64,000 nucleotides of DNA from Candidatus Bathyarchaeota archaeon (GTDB lineage Archaea; Thermoproteota; Bathyarchaeia; Bathyarchaeales; Bathycorpusculaceae): NCBI GenBank assembly GCA_963782525.1, contig CAWAKC010000007.1:256001-320000 (forward strand), written 5' to 3'. The notes under the pieces were generated by a model. The model saw only the letters and a program-made list of their open reading frames with translations. It was not told where the DNA came from and ran no database searches. Position numbers and translations under genes: made by a program. Shown here in pieces: positions 1-8,535 of the stretch. How positions within the stretch are numbered: the first letter of the stretch is position 1; each line of letters begins with the position of its first letter.

Positions 1-120
1 TAAAGCTGTCGACCAATTTAATGGTGAATTATTGATATTTGATGCTAAATAGGCTAAATCCAGAAAAAGTCGTAGATACTTCAAGATTCTTATTAACCTT
101 AGTTTCCCATGTTTCCATGT

Positions 121-142
121 TCTTGTAGTCTTCAAAGACTAA
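121..142 (-). repeat. degenerate copy of island dyad site (TTAGTCTT-TGAAGA-CTACAAGA)
   Basis: Lies 18 nt downstream of the stop of ORF 160..579 and aligns loosely with the other copies. Confidence 0.35.
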
Positions 143-159
143 GAAACTAACAGTTTTCA

Positions 160-579
160 TTATTTGCTGTTTTGCGCTGGATATTGGCATTCTTTTAATT
201 CTATCAAAGAAGGTATAGGAATGCCTTGATTTATTTTTTGAAATAATTCATCAACTATTTTTAGGCAGTTATCTCTCTGTGCATTTAGCTGTATTAGTCT
301 AGGCTTTATAAAATAAACAAGGGTATAAACCAATATCATAAAAATAACTATATTTAGAAGACTTGCTAAATCGGAACTAGCTTTCAAATTAATTAATTGT
401 GAATATACTGTTCCCTGAAAAAATAAAGTTGCAAGAAAAATAAGATATCCAATAATAAAACCGTAATGAATCGAATAAGATATGTTCACTCTTGTTTGAA
501 AATAGCTCATTAAAGCTTGAACTCTTTGCAACTCCACCTCTCTATCGACAACCATAGCTTTTTGTTTTTCATTAGCCAT
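160..579 (-). CDS. hypothetical membrane protein (2 TM)
   Basis: 139-aa ORF with two hydrophobic stretches, in very AT-rich DNA. No family recognised. Confidence 0.6.
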   Translation of the reverse strand: MANEKQKAMVVDREVELQRVQALMSYFQTRVNISYSIHYGFIIGYLIFLATLFFQGTVYSQLINLKASSDLASLLNIVIFMILVYTLVYFIKPRLIQLNAQRDNCLKIVDELFQKINQGIPIPSLIELKECQYPAQNSK

Positions 580-664
580 GCTTACGCTATTTCTACGTTA
601 TGAAGTTTTAAGTTTTTGCATCGTAGTATAAGTCTTAAAAGACAATGCTCTATTAGTTAACACT

Positions 665-1369
665 ATGGCTATTCAACCGTTTGGAGTAAAAGTTAAAGAA
701 AAACACAACAGAAAGCTTTCGTTTGAACAAATTATTAGTATAGTTCTAAGCATTGCGCTTCTTTTCTCTACTGTCTATTATGCTAGCCAAAATGATAATT
801 TGCAAAAATCAAATGCTGATTTGCAAAACTTACTCTATAACTATACACCTTTCATATTTTCAAATTATTCAAGCTCAAATCTTCAGAATATATTCTTCTC
901 AATTAATGATTCAGTCATTTTGTTTGATGGGTGGGTTAACGTTGATTTGAAAGTTGTTTCCCCTTATGATGGGATGTTGAATTTAGACGTTAAAAATTTG
1001 AATTTTACAGATATGAATGGCTCATACGATATAATACCGTATTATTTCAACGTGAGTCTTCTTCAGTATTCAAAGGCTTCAATCGCTGGAGCAAATAATC
1101 ACCAATATTTTATCTCTAAAAATGTTATGAATCCAATAGTTGATAAAATCGAGGTTCAAATGTACGTCTATCTAAATACTGGAGTCCTTCAGGATGTTTT
1201 CAAGGATGTTGGAGTAAATAGCACACTTGGCGTGGGTTTCCCTTTAGGTGATATGACCTTTCAAGCTACCCTTTTTGAAACTCAAATAAACAGAAACTAT
1301 ACTCAGAATTTTATTGAGGGAATACATTGTGAAATTAATAAAAACCCTCAACGGATTATTATTGGGTAG
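665..1369 (+). CDS. hypothetical membrane-anchored exported protein
   Basis: 234-aa ORF with an N-terminal TM segment (IISIVLSIALLFSTVYY), a short coiled coil and an Asn-rich body. Confidence 0.65.
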   Translation: MAIQPFGVKVKEKHNRKLSFEQIISIVLSIALLFSTVYYASQNDNLQKSNADLQNLLYNYTPFIFSNYSSSNLQNIFFSINDSVILFDGWVNVDLKVVSPYDGMLNLDVKNLNFTDMNGSYDIIPYYFNVSLLQYSKASIAGANNHQYFISKNVMNPIVDKIEVQMYVYLNTGVLQDVFKDVGVNSTLGVGFPLGDMTFQATLFETQINRNYTQNFIEGIHCEINKNPQRIIIG

Positions 1370-1520
1370 ATTTATAACTTGAAATAGACATTTTGCTCTT
1401 GCTTTTTTTCATCTTCCTATTTGCTGTCTTATTACTGCTGACAACAAATTGTATGAAACAGCAAAAGACCACTTCAGCGTTCTAAATATAAAAGAATATA
1501 AATAAAGTTCTAAAATTATA

Positions 1521-1576
1521 GCGTTGAAACTTCCTTAACTAAACTTGATTTATAATTAGTCAAGTTTCTCGACTAA
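1521..1576 (-). repeat. tandem pair of island dyad sites (TTAGTCGA-GAAAC-TTGACTAA at 1556-1576 and TTAGTTAA-GGAAGT-TTCAACGC at 1521-1542)
   Basis: A near-perfect inverted repeat overlaps the stop codon of ORF 1556..2509, and a second degenerate copy follows it. Confidence 0.7.
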
Positions 1577-2509
1577 TTCAGTTTTGGGTTTGTACTTCTT
1601 GAAGTAAACCAGTAAGCCTACACCTACAATGAGTGCTAATGTTCCAGAAGCTATAATTACCAACAATGTTGGCAATGGTGAGGTTCCTATTGTGTTTGGA
1701 CTGAAGACAATAACAGCACCATGAATAAATGGAAAATTTTCATTTTCTTGAGAAATTACCAATTCATTTGAATTAGTGTAGTTTAATGGCGTTAGTGTCC
1801 CATTAGTATGTATAGAATAGGCTTGTATCTTATTTGAAAACGGTTCAACTTGTATATTGAATTTTTCAGGTAAATATTCGAACCAAGAATAGAGAGGATA
1901 TGAAATATTGCTACACCCATAACGCCCATAAATTGGAATTATTAATGCGTAATCTCCCAAATAGCCATAAGATGAACTGGTTTTTGGAATAGGTTGTTCA
2001 TAGTGAACTGTCACAAGAAAATCGCTTGGAACTGGAGAAACTGTCCAATTGACTTCCGCTAGATTGGCATCAAAAATATGGAAAAATCCCTTGTTATCTA
2101 TTTGCCATTTAATTTCTTGGTTATTTATCTTTACTGATAGGTTAGTTATATTTGTTGGAATTGGATAGTGAGCTTCTAATGTATTTTGTGTGACTGTAAC
2201 AGTTACATAAGGTGAGGGGTCTGTTACCAAGCCCATCCCGCTGTTTCGAGCAACATAACTATCTCCGAAACCGTAGATGGTATGCATATGATATTCTGCA
2301 TCAACATTCGCCCAAAATACTCCACTGGAACTTGAAATTGAAGCATGAATATTCGTTCCAGAAACTCCGACCTTCGGGGGAATCTCCGTATACATGGGGT
2401 TTGCTCTAACCGTATTAAAACTTTGAAGTTCGATTGAAATTAAAAGAACCATTGCTAAGAATATGGCTGTCGATATTCTCTTGATGGCAAGGTTTCTTTT
2501 TCTACGCAA
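1556..2509 (-). CDS. secreted/surface protein with C-terminal TM anchor (LLVYFKK family)
   Basis: Signal peptide ending VRA-NP, and a C-terminal TM followed by GLLVYFKKYK. Confidence 0.8.
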   Translation of the reverse strand: MRRKRNLAIKRISTAIFLAMVLLISIELQSFNTVRANPMYTEIPPKVGVSGTNIHASISSSSGVFWANVDAEYHMHTIYGFGDSYVARNSGMGLVTDPSPYVTVTVTQNTLEAHYPIPTNITNLSVKINNQEIKWQIDNKGFFHIFDANLAEVNWTVSPVPSDFLVTVHYEQPIPKTSSSYGYLGDYALIIPIYGRYGCSNISYPLYSWFEYLPEKFNIQVEPFSNKIQAYSIHTNGTLTPLNYTNSNELVISQENENFPFIHGAVIVFSPNTIGTSPLPTLLVIIASGTLALIVGVGLLVYFKKYKPKTELVEKLD

Positions 2510-2628
2510 AATTGCACCCGTTGGTTCATTTTTTTAGTATTAGTTTTTAATGTTTTAAGGTGTTAGTGCGGGTATTATTTGGATTTCAATTTGTATACTT
2601 GCCTTATTAACCGACTGGAAATAAAGGC

Positions 2629-2674
2629 TTATCGTAAACTTCATTGTCTAAAGTCTTTCAAAGTTTCTTAACTA
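2629..2674 (-). repeat. tandem pair of island dyad sites (TAGTTAA-GAAACT-TTGAAAGA at 2654-2674 and TTAGACAA-TGAAGT-TTACGATA at 2630-2651)
   Basis: The first copy overlaps the TAG stop of ORF 2672..3838. The second is followed by a TATA-like CCTTTATTT. Confidence 0.6.
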
Positions 2675-3838
2675 TCCAGTATTACGTTTATGCTTCTTGA
2701 AGTAAATCAGCAAACCGGCGACCACAAACACCGCAGCTGCTATCGAAACAGTGCCAACAGTTAAAGTTGGAAAGGTCTCAGATCCCGCATTGGGATGCGT
2801 TGGACTTGGCGAACCAGTCGATGTAGGATTTGGCCCAATCAAGGCGGAAAATGGAAATATTACAGGATAATGATCGATGGCGGTTCCTAGAACTGCGGTC
2901 CCTGTTTTGGTGGTACCGTTTGCATAATTATCAGAGTAGTTTGTGCTGTCGATGATCGCATAAGGTATGTCGCCTATTCCCAAATGGCCCAATTCCGTAG
3001 CATTAGGGTACTTTGACAGGTAATCACTCCAGTAGTTTCCGACAGAACCGTTGTCCCATTGTCCTGCGGGAGATAGTGGAACTATATTTGATACGAATGG
3101 CACGCCGATTGGAACATGGAGTATCTGCGAATTGTTTATGAAATTGTTAGAATAAAGTAGTTGGAATCCGGCGCTGTTTACATTCGCACTTTGAGTGCCC
3201 AGAGTCAGTACCACAGTGTTGTTTGTAACGTTGTTCTCTATGATTGTTGTTCCGTTGCTGTTTAGGATGTCGAGCGCCCAGTTGTTGTTTGTTATGTGGT
3301 TTTGCATTATAAGGTTGTTGTCTCCTTGCAAACGAGTAGCTCCTGTGTCGATAAGAATCGCGGCGTCACTGCTGCCCGACATACTGTTTCCACTCACGAG
3401 GTAATCATCGGCGTATATTGCGATGGCTTGATAATTGCCCCTGAACACGTTTCTTGTTATGGTGTTGTTGTTGAAAGCGCCGTAGACTCCAGCTTTCCAA
3501 CTAGTCACTTGCAGGTTTTCGACGGTTACGTTGCTAGCCATTAGAGTTATTGCTATAGCGTTCTGACTTATGCCAGGACCTTGAAGAGTATGGTTGGCTC
3601 CGTCCAACACGATATTCCCTTTTTCTACGGTTATGGAGCTGTTAAGATCCGCAGTTATTCTGTAGGTGTTTCCTTTCATTTGCATGGCAACGCCAGAAGG
3701 TGTGACGCTTCCGTCTGCTTTGATGGTTATTCCTGTAAGAGATTCAGCTTTAACAGACTGAAGGGTAATTACACAGGATGCCATCAGGAAGATAAGAACA
3801 AACAGTAGGGTGAAGCCTTTACTCATATTCATCCACAT
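2672..3838 (-). CDS. right-handed parallel beta-helix (NosD/CASH-like) surface protein with C-terminal anchor
   Basis: ITIKADGSV...NIVLDG, repeated N-x-I-x-x-N-x-I units, WDNGSVGNYWSDY, a Pro/Thr/Ser linker and GLLIYFKKHK. Confidence 0.85.
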   Translation of the reverse strand: MWMNMSKGFTLLFVLIFLMASCVITLQSVKAESLTGITIKADGSVTPSGVAMQMKGNTYRITADLNSSITVEKGNIVLDGANHTLQGPGISQNAIAITLMASNVTVENLQVTSWKAGVYGAFNNNTITRNVFRGNYQAIAIYADDYLVSGNSMSGSSDAAILIDTGATRLQGDNNLIMQNHITNNNWALDILNSNGTTIIENNVTNNTVVLTLGTQSANVNSAGFQLLYSNNFINNSQILHVPIGVPFVSNIVPLSPAGQWDNGSVGNYWSDYLSKYPNATELGHLGIGDIPYAIIDSTNYSDNYANGTTKTGTAVLGTAIDHYPVIFPFSALIGPNPTSTGSPSPTHPNAGSETFPTLTVGTVSIAAAVFVVAGLLIYFKKHKRNTG

Positions 3839-3869
3839 TAATTATGATATAATTAGTGATAAAAGAGTT

Positions 3870-3890
3870 CTTTTCAAGGTTCTTGATTAA
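3870..3890 (-). repeat. island dyad site (TTAATCAA-GAACC-TTGAAAAG)
   Basis: Overlaps the stop of ORF 3887..4714 and directly precedes AACTCTTTTATC (BRE/TATA-like) of ORF 2672..3838. Confidence 0.65.
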
Positions 3891-4714
3891 TTCAGTATTA
3901 GCTTATGTTTCTTAAAGTAAACCAGTAAACCCAAACTAATGATAATGGCAATTACTACAAGTGCAATAACTGTAAATGGAAATGATGTCTCAGGCGCTTT
4001 AGCAGTAAAATTTATTGTCTCTGATTTTGTCATATCTCCAAAAGTATTATTGCCAAAAACAACTATGCTGTGATTTCCAGAACTTAGTCCTGTTAAAGTT
4101 TTATTTCCACCTATAGTCACATTGGCTAAATTATCTAAGCTGTAGCCTAACCATGAAGTTGGCTGGTCAACTGTGAAATTCAAAGGAAAAGTTGAAAATG
4201 TTATGTTAGCACTCTGGTCTGTCAGAAGCTTAATTGAGGGAGCTTCATGCGTGATAAAGTAGACTTGAGATGAACTGTCCATAAAGAAAACAAAACTAAA
4301 CATATCATAAACACTTCCTTCTGCCTTAACTGTTAGGCTGTGGTTGCCTGCTGCTAAGTTAGGTGCAACAAAGGAAGTATAATACTGAGAAGTGCCATGC
4401 TCACCTTTCACAAGAATAAAACCTGCGTGTGGAATACTAACACTCTCGTCATCTATTTTGTAAGTCACATCAACGATATCAGAATCATAGCTACTGTATT
4501 GTGGTCCTTTAACGCTAAAGGTAATATTGAATGCCCCTGAGTAGTTAGCGTTGTTTTGTGGGCTGCCTATAGAAATAATTGGTGGAACCGCGCCTTTTGG
4601 AGGGTCAATCTGAGGTGTAAAACCGTAGGGGTTAGCATCCACGCCCTCAATCGCTTGTATCCCAATCAGCAATGAAAGAGCAAACACTATAGAAAAACTT
4701 ATTGTTCTCTTCAT
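3887..4714 (-). CDS. surface protein with two Ig-like domains and C-terminal anchor
   Basis: Signal peptide ending VDA-NPYGF, Ig-like motif LNFTVD...YSLD...GNKTLTGLSSGNHSIVV, and GLLVYFKKHK. Confidence 0.8.
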   Translation of the reverse strand: MKRTISFSIVFALSLLIGIQAIEGVDANPYGFTPQIDPPKGAVPPIISIGSPQNNANYSGAFNITFSVKGPQYSSYDSDIVDVTYKIDDESVSIPHAGFILVKGEHGTSQYYTSFVAPNLAAGNHSLTVKAEGSVYDMFSFVFFMDSSSQVYFITHEAPSIKLLTDQSANITFSTFPLNFTVDQPTSWLGYSLDNLANVTIGGNKTLTGLSSGNHSIVVFGNNTFGDMTKSETINFTAKAPETSFPFTVIALVVIAIIISLGLLVYFKKHKLILN

Positions 4715-5616
4715 TTTTTCCCCTTCATTCTCTTAAAATAAACGATTAAGCCAACAGTAGCTAGCGCAACCGCAAACATTGAAGCTAGAACCCAGAGCAT
4801 TGAAAACTGCAAAGGACTCGAAGAATCAGTTTCTACTTTGAAAAAAAGGATGCCTGAAGTGCCTACATACCCAAATGTGTCTGTTGCACAGACCGTAATG
4901 TTATGTTGCCCGTTGGATAAGCCAGTTAGAGTTGTGTTTCCTTTAATTGGTACAGGGTCTTGTCTATCTAGGCAGTAAGTCAGTTTTGGAACCGAGCGGT
5001 CGACTGTAAAACTCAAAGGAAAAGTAGAATTCGTTAAAGAACCATTCTGAAATGATACAAAACTGATTTTGGGGCTTGTATGCACCAAGAGTCCTGCTGC
5101 TGATGAGTTGACATAGAATTTTACCGATATTGGCTTTTCCAAATTAAACGTATATTCGGTTCCATTTTTGTTATAATCGCCGTGTCCATTTGCAACAATG
5201 TTTAAAGTACGATCTCCAGCTGGGATTCCACTAATGTTGAAGTTATATTGCAAGAAACGATTCTCTCCAACGGGATCCACACCAGGCGGAAAAGGACTCC
5301 ACTTTGCGTTTGACATCCAATCGCCCTGATATGTGGTGACTATGTTTAGATTTGTCGTAAGCCCCTCAGGTTGGTTTATTGTTTCATTGAAACAAAAATT
5401 AATGGGTCCATCGGAAAATGAAGCATTCTCCATCGGAGAAGTAACTCTGATGGTTATATTGACGTTATCGGGTGCAGGTACATCAACTGGAAACTTGAAT
5501 CCATAAGGATTAGCCTTGACAGACACAAAGGGGGCATCCACTTGCTCAACAACTTGAATTCCAACAACTAAAAGAAGAGCAAAGACTCCTGCAAATATGG
5601 CGTATCTTCTCTTCAT
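4711..5616 (-). CDS. surface protein with Ig-like domains and C-terminal anchor
   Basis: Paralogue of 3887..4714 (KA-NPYGF; LSFTVD...YCLD...GNTTLTGLSNGQHNITV; GLIVYFKR). Overlaps the next gene by 4 nt. Confidence 0.8.
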   Translation of the reverse strand: MKRRYAIFAGVFALLLVVGIQVVEQVDAPFVSVKANPYGFKFPVDVPAPDNVNITIRVTSPMENASFSDGPINFCFNETINQPEGLTTNLNIVTTYQGDWMSNAKWSPFPPGVDPVGENRFLQYNFNISGIPAGDRTLNIVANGHGDYNKNGTEYTFNLEKPISVKFYVNSSAAGLLVHTSPKISFVSFQNGSLTNSTFPLSFTVDRSVPKLTYCLDRQDPVPIKGNTTLTGLSNGQHNITVCATDTFGYVGTSGILFFKVETDSSSPLQFSMLWVLASMFAVALATVGLIVYFKRMKGKK

Positions 5617-6203
5617 GGCTGCCCCTTTCTTCTCCTAAAGTAAACCAATGAGATTGAAGCAACAGCCACTATTACAATCACAATAGCCAGGATATAGACT
5701 ATAGAGGGATTTAACGCAACTTGCATTTTGGGACCTGTGTTAATTGTTGGAATGTTTTGGCTTGTAGTTGGAGTAGCTGAATTAGGGATAATGCCTACTG
5801 TAAACAGCCAATTGGCTGATAACACCTTTCCTTCTGAGTCAGTTGCATAAGCATTGATTGTGTGGTTTCCTATCATTAGGTTGTGTAAGTTTTCCGTGAT
5901 AGAATATATCTGATGATTATTAGGCAAATCGGACTTAAACCAAGTTGTGTATTCTAAATTGGTAGATGTAATATTTGCCTCTCCGTCTAGGCTATAGCTA
6001 ATTGAAACAATTGCTTGAGCATCCATTGAAATATGTACCTCTACGGTGAAAGTGTAGTTGTTCCCATTTGGATAAGTTGGGTTATAACCCCTAACGTATA
6101 CTGAGGGAATTGGGTAAAAGTTAGCTTCTAACATAGGTATTGATGATAACACTGCAATTGCTGACAGTAGGATGATTGTTGTTGCCAAGAGTTTCTTTGG
6201 CAT
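5613..6203 (-). CDS. surface protein with single Ig-like domain and C-terminal anchor
   Basis: Signal peptide ending LEA-NF, ISYSLDG...GNHTINAYATD, and SLVYFRRRK. Confidence 0.75.
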   Translation of the reverse strand: MPKKLLATTIILLSAIAVLSSIPMLEANFYPIPSVYVRGYNPTYPNGNNYTFTVEVHISMDAQAIVSISYSLDGEANITSTNLEYTTWFKSDLPNNHQIYSITENLHNLMIGNHTINAYATDSEGKVLSANWLFTVGIIPNSATPTTSQNIPTINTGPKMQVALNPSIVYILAIVIVIVAVASISLVYFRRRKGQP

Positions 6204-6249
6204 ATACCGTTCCTGTCATATTATGAAGTTGAGTTTGCTTAAGTGGTTT

Positions 6250-6295
6250 TTTGTCAAACTTTCTTGCCTAAAGTTAGTCAAGATAGTTTTACAAG
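6250..6295. repeat. back-to-back island dyad sites (minus: TTAGGCAA-GAAAGT-TTGACAAA 6250-6271; plus: TTAGTCAA-GATAGT-TTTACAAG 6274-6295)
   Basis: Two oppositely oriented copies, each followed by a TATA-like element of one of the divergent genes. Confidence 0.7.
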
Positions 6296-6330
6296 AAGTC
6301 TTTTATCCGCAACCAACCCTAACCTTAATC

Positions 6331-7023
6331 ATGGGCAGTACAAGCAAGAGCTTCTCGGTACTTCTTGTCGTTATCTTAGCAGTATCAAGCCTAATAATGG
6401 TTGAATCTGCCTCTGCCCAATCAATACCTACACCATCTGTTCCAGAATTTACTGTAACGCTTATCGCTTCTCCTCCTGACAGCCATTTTGTAAATAAAAC
6501 AATAGAGTTGGCAATCAAAAATCAACCCTCCTTTCCTAAAAATGGGTTTTTCTATAATGTTCGCATAAGAATTAACGATGGTAATTGGGGTCTTCTCTAC
6601 CCTAACAATAATAGTGTGCCAAACCAGTCCGATGGTGAATATACAATCTTATCATACAGTTCAGGATATCTTGGGGTTGAATACCAATATCTTTTAGGAT
6701 ATAAGGTAGAGAACCTGACTGCAGATGATAAAATAGATTTTCAAGTACAAGCCATGGTTGGGTCTATATACCGAGTTTTTAACCCTAATGCAACAAACCA
6801 ATTAGAAATGTATCCATATATTTTTACTGGAGAAACAAGTGATTGGAGCAACACACAAACAATAACCATACCTGAAACTTCCACCTCACCCGCACCAAAT
6901 CCAACACCAACTCCTACCCTTTCAGAGTTTCCAGCTTTGGCAATTTTGCCTTTGTTTATTTCTTTGCTCTCTGTGGGTTTGCTTTATAGAAAGCATCGAA
7001 AGACCGCTCGATTCAGTGAGTAG
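6331..7023 (+). CDS. surface protein with PEF-CTERM-like C-terminus
   Basis: Start moved to ATG 6331 (MGSTSKSF... signal peptide). Contains IPTPSVPEFTV, a PT-rich linker, and SEFPALAILPLF-TM-RKHRK. Confidence 0.8.
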   Translation: MGSTSKSFSVLLVVILAVSSLIMVESASAQSIPTPSVPEFTVTLIASPPDSHFVNKTIELAIKNQPSFPKNGFFYNVRIRINDGNWGLLYPNNNSVPNQSDGEYTILSYSSGYLGVEYQYLLGYKVENLTADDKIDFQVQAMVGSIYRVFNPNATNQLEMYPYIFTGETSDWSNTQTITIPETSTSPAPNPTPTPTLSEFPALAILPLFISLLSVGLLYRKHRKTARFSE

Positions 7024-7139
7024 CTTTTTCATTCTTATGTGGTATGTGACAGGTTGAGACGGTAGAGATGATGATTGAGATAGACTAAATCTGAGAGATT
7101 ATTCTCCTTATTTTAGATAGAGTACCAGACTACATTCAT

Positions 7140-7688
7140 TTAATCAAGTTTTGAATCTATTGTGAAATAAACCTTGGTTTGAGCTAAATGGTCGAGGTCA
7201 TTAGCTTTCAAGTCTCCAAAAACTGTTATCCTGTGAGCGCCTTCGGACAGTTTTTGCAGAGTAATTGTTCCTGTGATTATTCCCACATATTGGTCATTTA
7301 GAGACCTTGGTTGTTCAATTACGGGAAACGGAAGGCTTTCTTGACCATCGAGGCTATAATTCATAAACAATTCAATGTTACTTGCACGTATTACTTGACC
7401 AGTGATATTCAGAGACAATATGTTTGAGCTGTAGGTTGTGTTAACTGGGGAAGTTATAGCAAAGAAGCTCAAAGGCTCGTCAAATGATGCGTTAGTTGTT
7501 GAAGATGAAGTCGGAGAGGGACTTGGGGAAGTCAATTGTGAAGTGGCATTCGGAGAGGGAGATGGATGGGGAGTTGGAGAACTATCGGTATGCTCGGAAA
7601 TTGGTAAAAAATATACTCCCAAGGCGATTATAGCCACTATCGAAACTAACAGAACTAATAAGGCAAAAGCTATAATTCTTTTATTCAT
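7140..7688 (-). CDS. membrane-anchored Ig-like domain protein
   Basis: N-terminal TM, Pro/Ser/Thr linker, and ITSPVNTTY...YSLDG...LSEGAHRITV. Confidence 0.75.
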   Translation of the reverse strand: MNKRIIAFALLVLLVSIVAIIALGVYFLPISEHTDSSPTPHPSPSPNATSQLTSPSPSPTSSSTTNASFDEPLSFFAITSPVNTTYSSNILSLNITGQVIRASNIELFMNYSLDGQESLPFPVIEQPRSLNDQYVGIITGTITLQKLSEGAHRITVFGDLKANDLDHLAQTKVYFTIDSKLD

Positions 7689-7793
7689 TTTGCATTAACA
7701 CTTTACTCAGAAGAAAATGGTTTGTTAGAAGTTAAAACGTTTTCTAATAAATTTGGCTTCTAACGCATATATCTTAGCCAACAGGAACCGCTT

Positions 7794-7832
7794 TGTATAA
7801 ACAAAATGTATAAACAAATCATATAAACAAAA
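7794..7832 (+). repeat. three tandem 13-bp direct repeats (TGTATAAACAAAA / TGTATAAACAAAT / CATATAAACAAAA)
   Basis: Read directly. Lies at the right edge of the AT-rich island. Confidence 0.75.
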
Positions 7833-7943
7833 CGCCCGCCGTTCGCAAACCCCTATCAATTAAACGGTCTGATAAACAGAAGCTTGTCGGGGTTTAATAA
7901 ACACGACGCAGATTCCGGCATTTTAGGTTAAGTCGGCTACCGA

Positions 7944-8429
7944 TTAGCAGGTATCTGAGGGTTTCATTTGCTTCAGCATGGTTTTCCGTGGAAGAAAACC
8001 GTATTTTGCATAGAAACAGAAAGCTTCCTAGTTGCCAGAGGCTACCTCAACGATTTTTGCCACTGCTCCTTCCTGATCCATCCAGCAGAGCGCTTTTTTC
8101 ATAAGTGAATCCCCTATTCCCGAGCCCCGGTAGTTAGCGCCAACAAAAATGGATTCAGCCTCACCTATCATTTCTTGATTGAGGCTGCTAACGCAATACC
8201 CAACATTTTGGCCTGTCACTTCATCGACAGCTAAGTCAACTCTCATTTTTCCAGAAGCGGCTTTTTTTATTAAATCTGCCTTTCGCTTCTCAAAAGTCAT
8301 ATCTTTATAGTGCTGCTTAAAATTGGTCGATAAACCTAAATGGTGACTGTTTAGGGCGTCCCACAAAACCCTGATTTGATCAAGCAAAGCGTCGTCACCA
8401 TGAATGAACTCGACACTTCGTTTATTCAT
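7944..8429 (-). pseudogene. GNAT family N-acetyltransferase with in-frame TAG at 8028-8030
   Basis: Motif A is FVGANYRGSGIG. The frame continues past TAG as VASGN*EAFCFYAKYGF (motif B) to TAA at 7944-7946. Confidence 0.75.
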
Positions 8430-8535
8430 CAAATAACCTACCCACTCAAGAGCAATCATTCCCTCAGCAAGTTTAAAGCTTTATTTCCCCGAAAACCCCA
8501 CCTAAACTAGCAAAAAACTCGGTTGAACTTTTAAA

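Noticed and set aside
6172-6330. N-terminal 53 aa of ORF 6172..7023
   Set aside because: This segment overlaps the divergent gene and the promoter and dyad sites. The signal peptide begins at ATG 6331.
7067-7094. ATGATGA...CTGA box C/D-like pair
   Set aside because: It spans only about 27 nt, too short for a guide RNA, and is plausible by chance.
7794-7832. CRISPR array
   Set aside because: The repeats are 13 bp and adjacent, with no spacers. No cas genes or regularly spaced repeats were seen anywhere in the window.
1-7900. Classical integron (attC sites, IntI) or IS element
   Set aside because: No integrase or transposase ORF, and no convincing RYYYAAC...GTTRRRY attC hairpins. The dyad site reported above has a different structure.
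8028-8030. Genome-wide amber (pyrrolysine) recoding suggested by the in-frame TAG in the GNAT gene
   Set aside because: TAG is the normal stop of cofE, the RimK ligase, mcm and eif2g at their expected C-termini, and no pyl genes are in the window.
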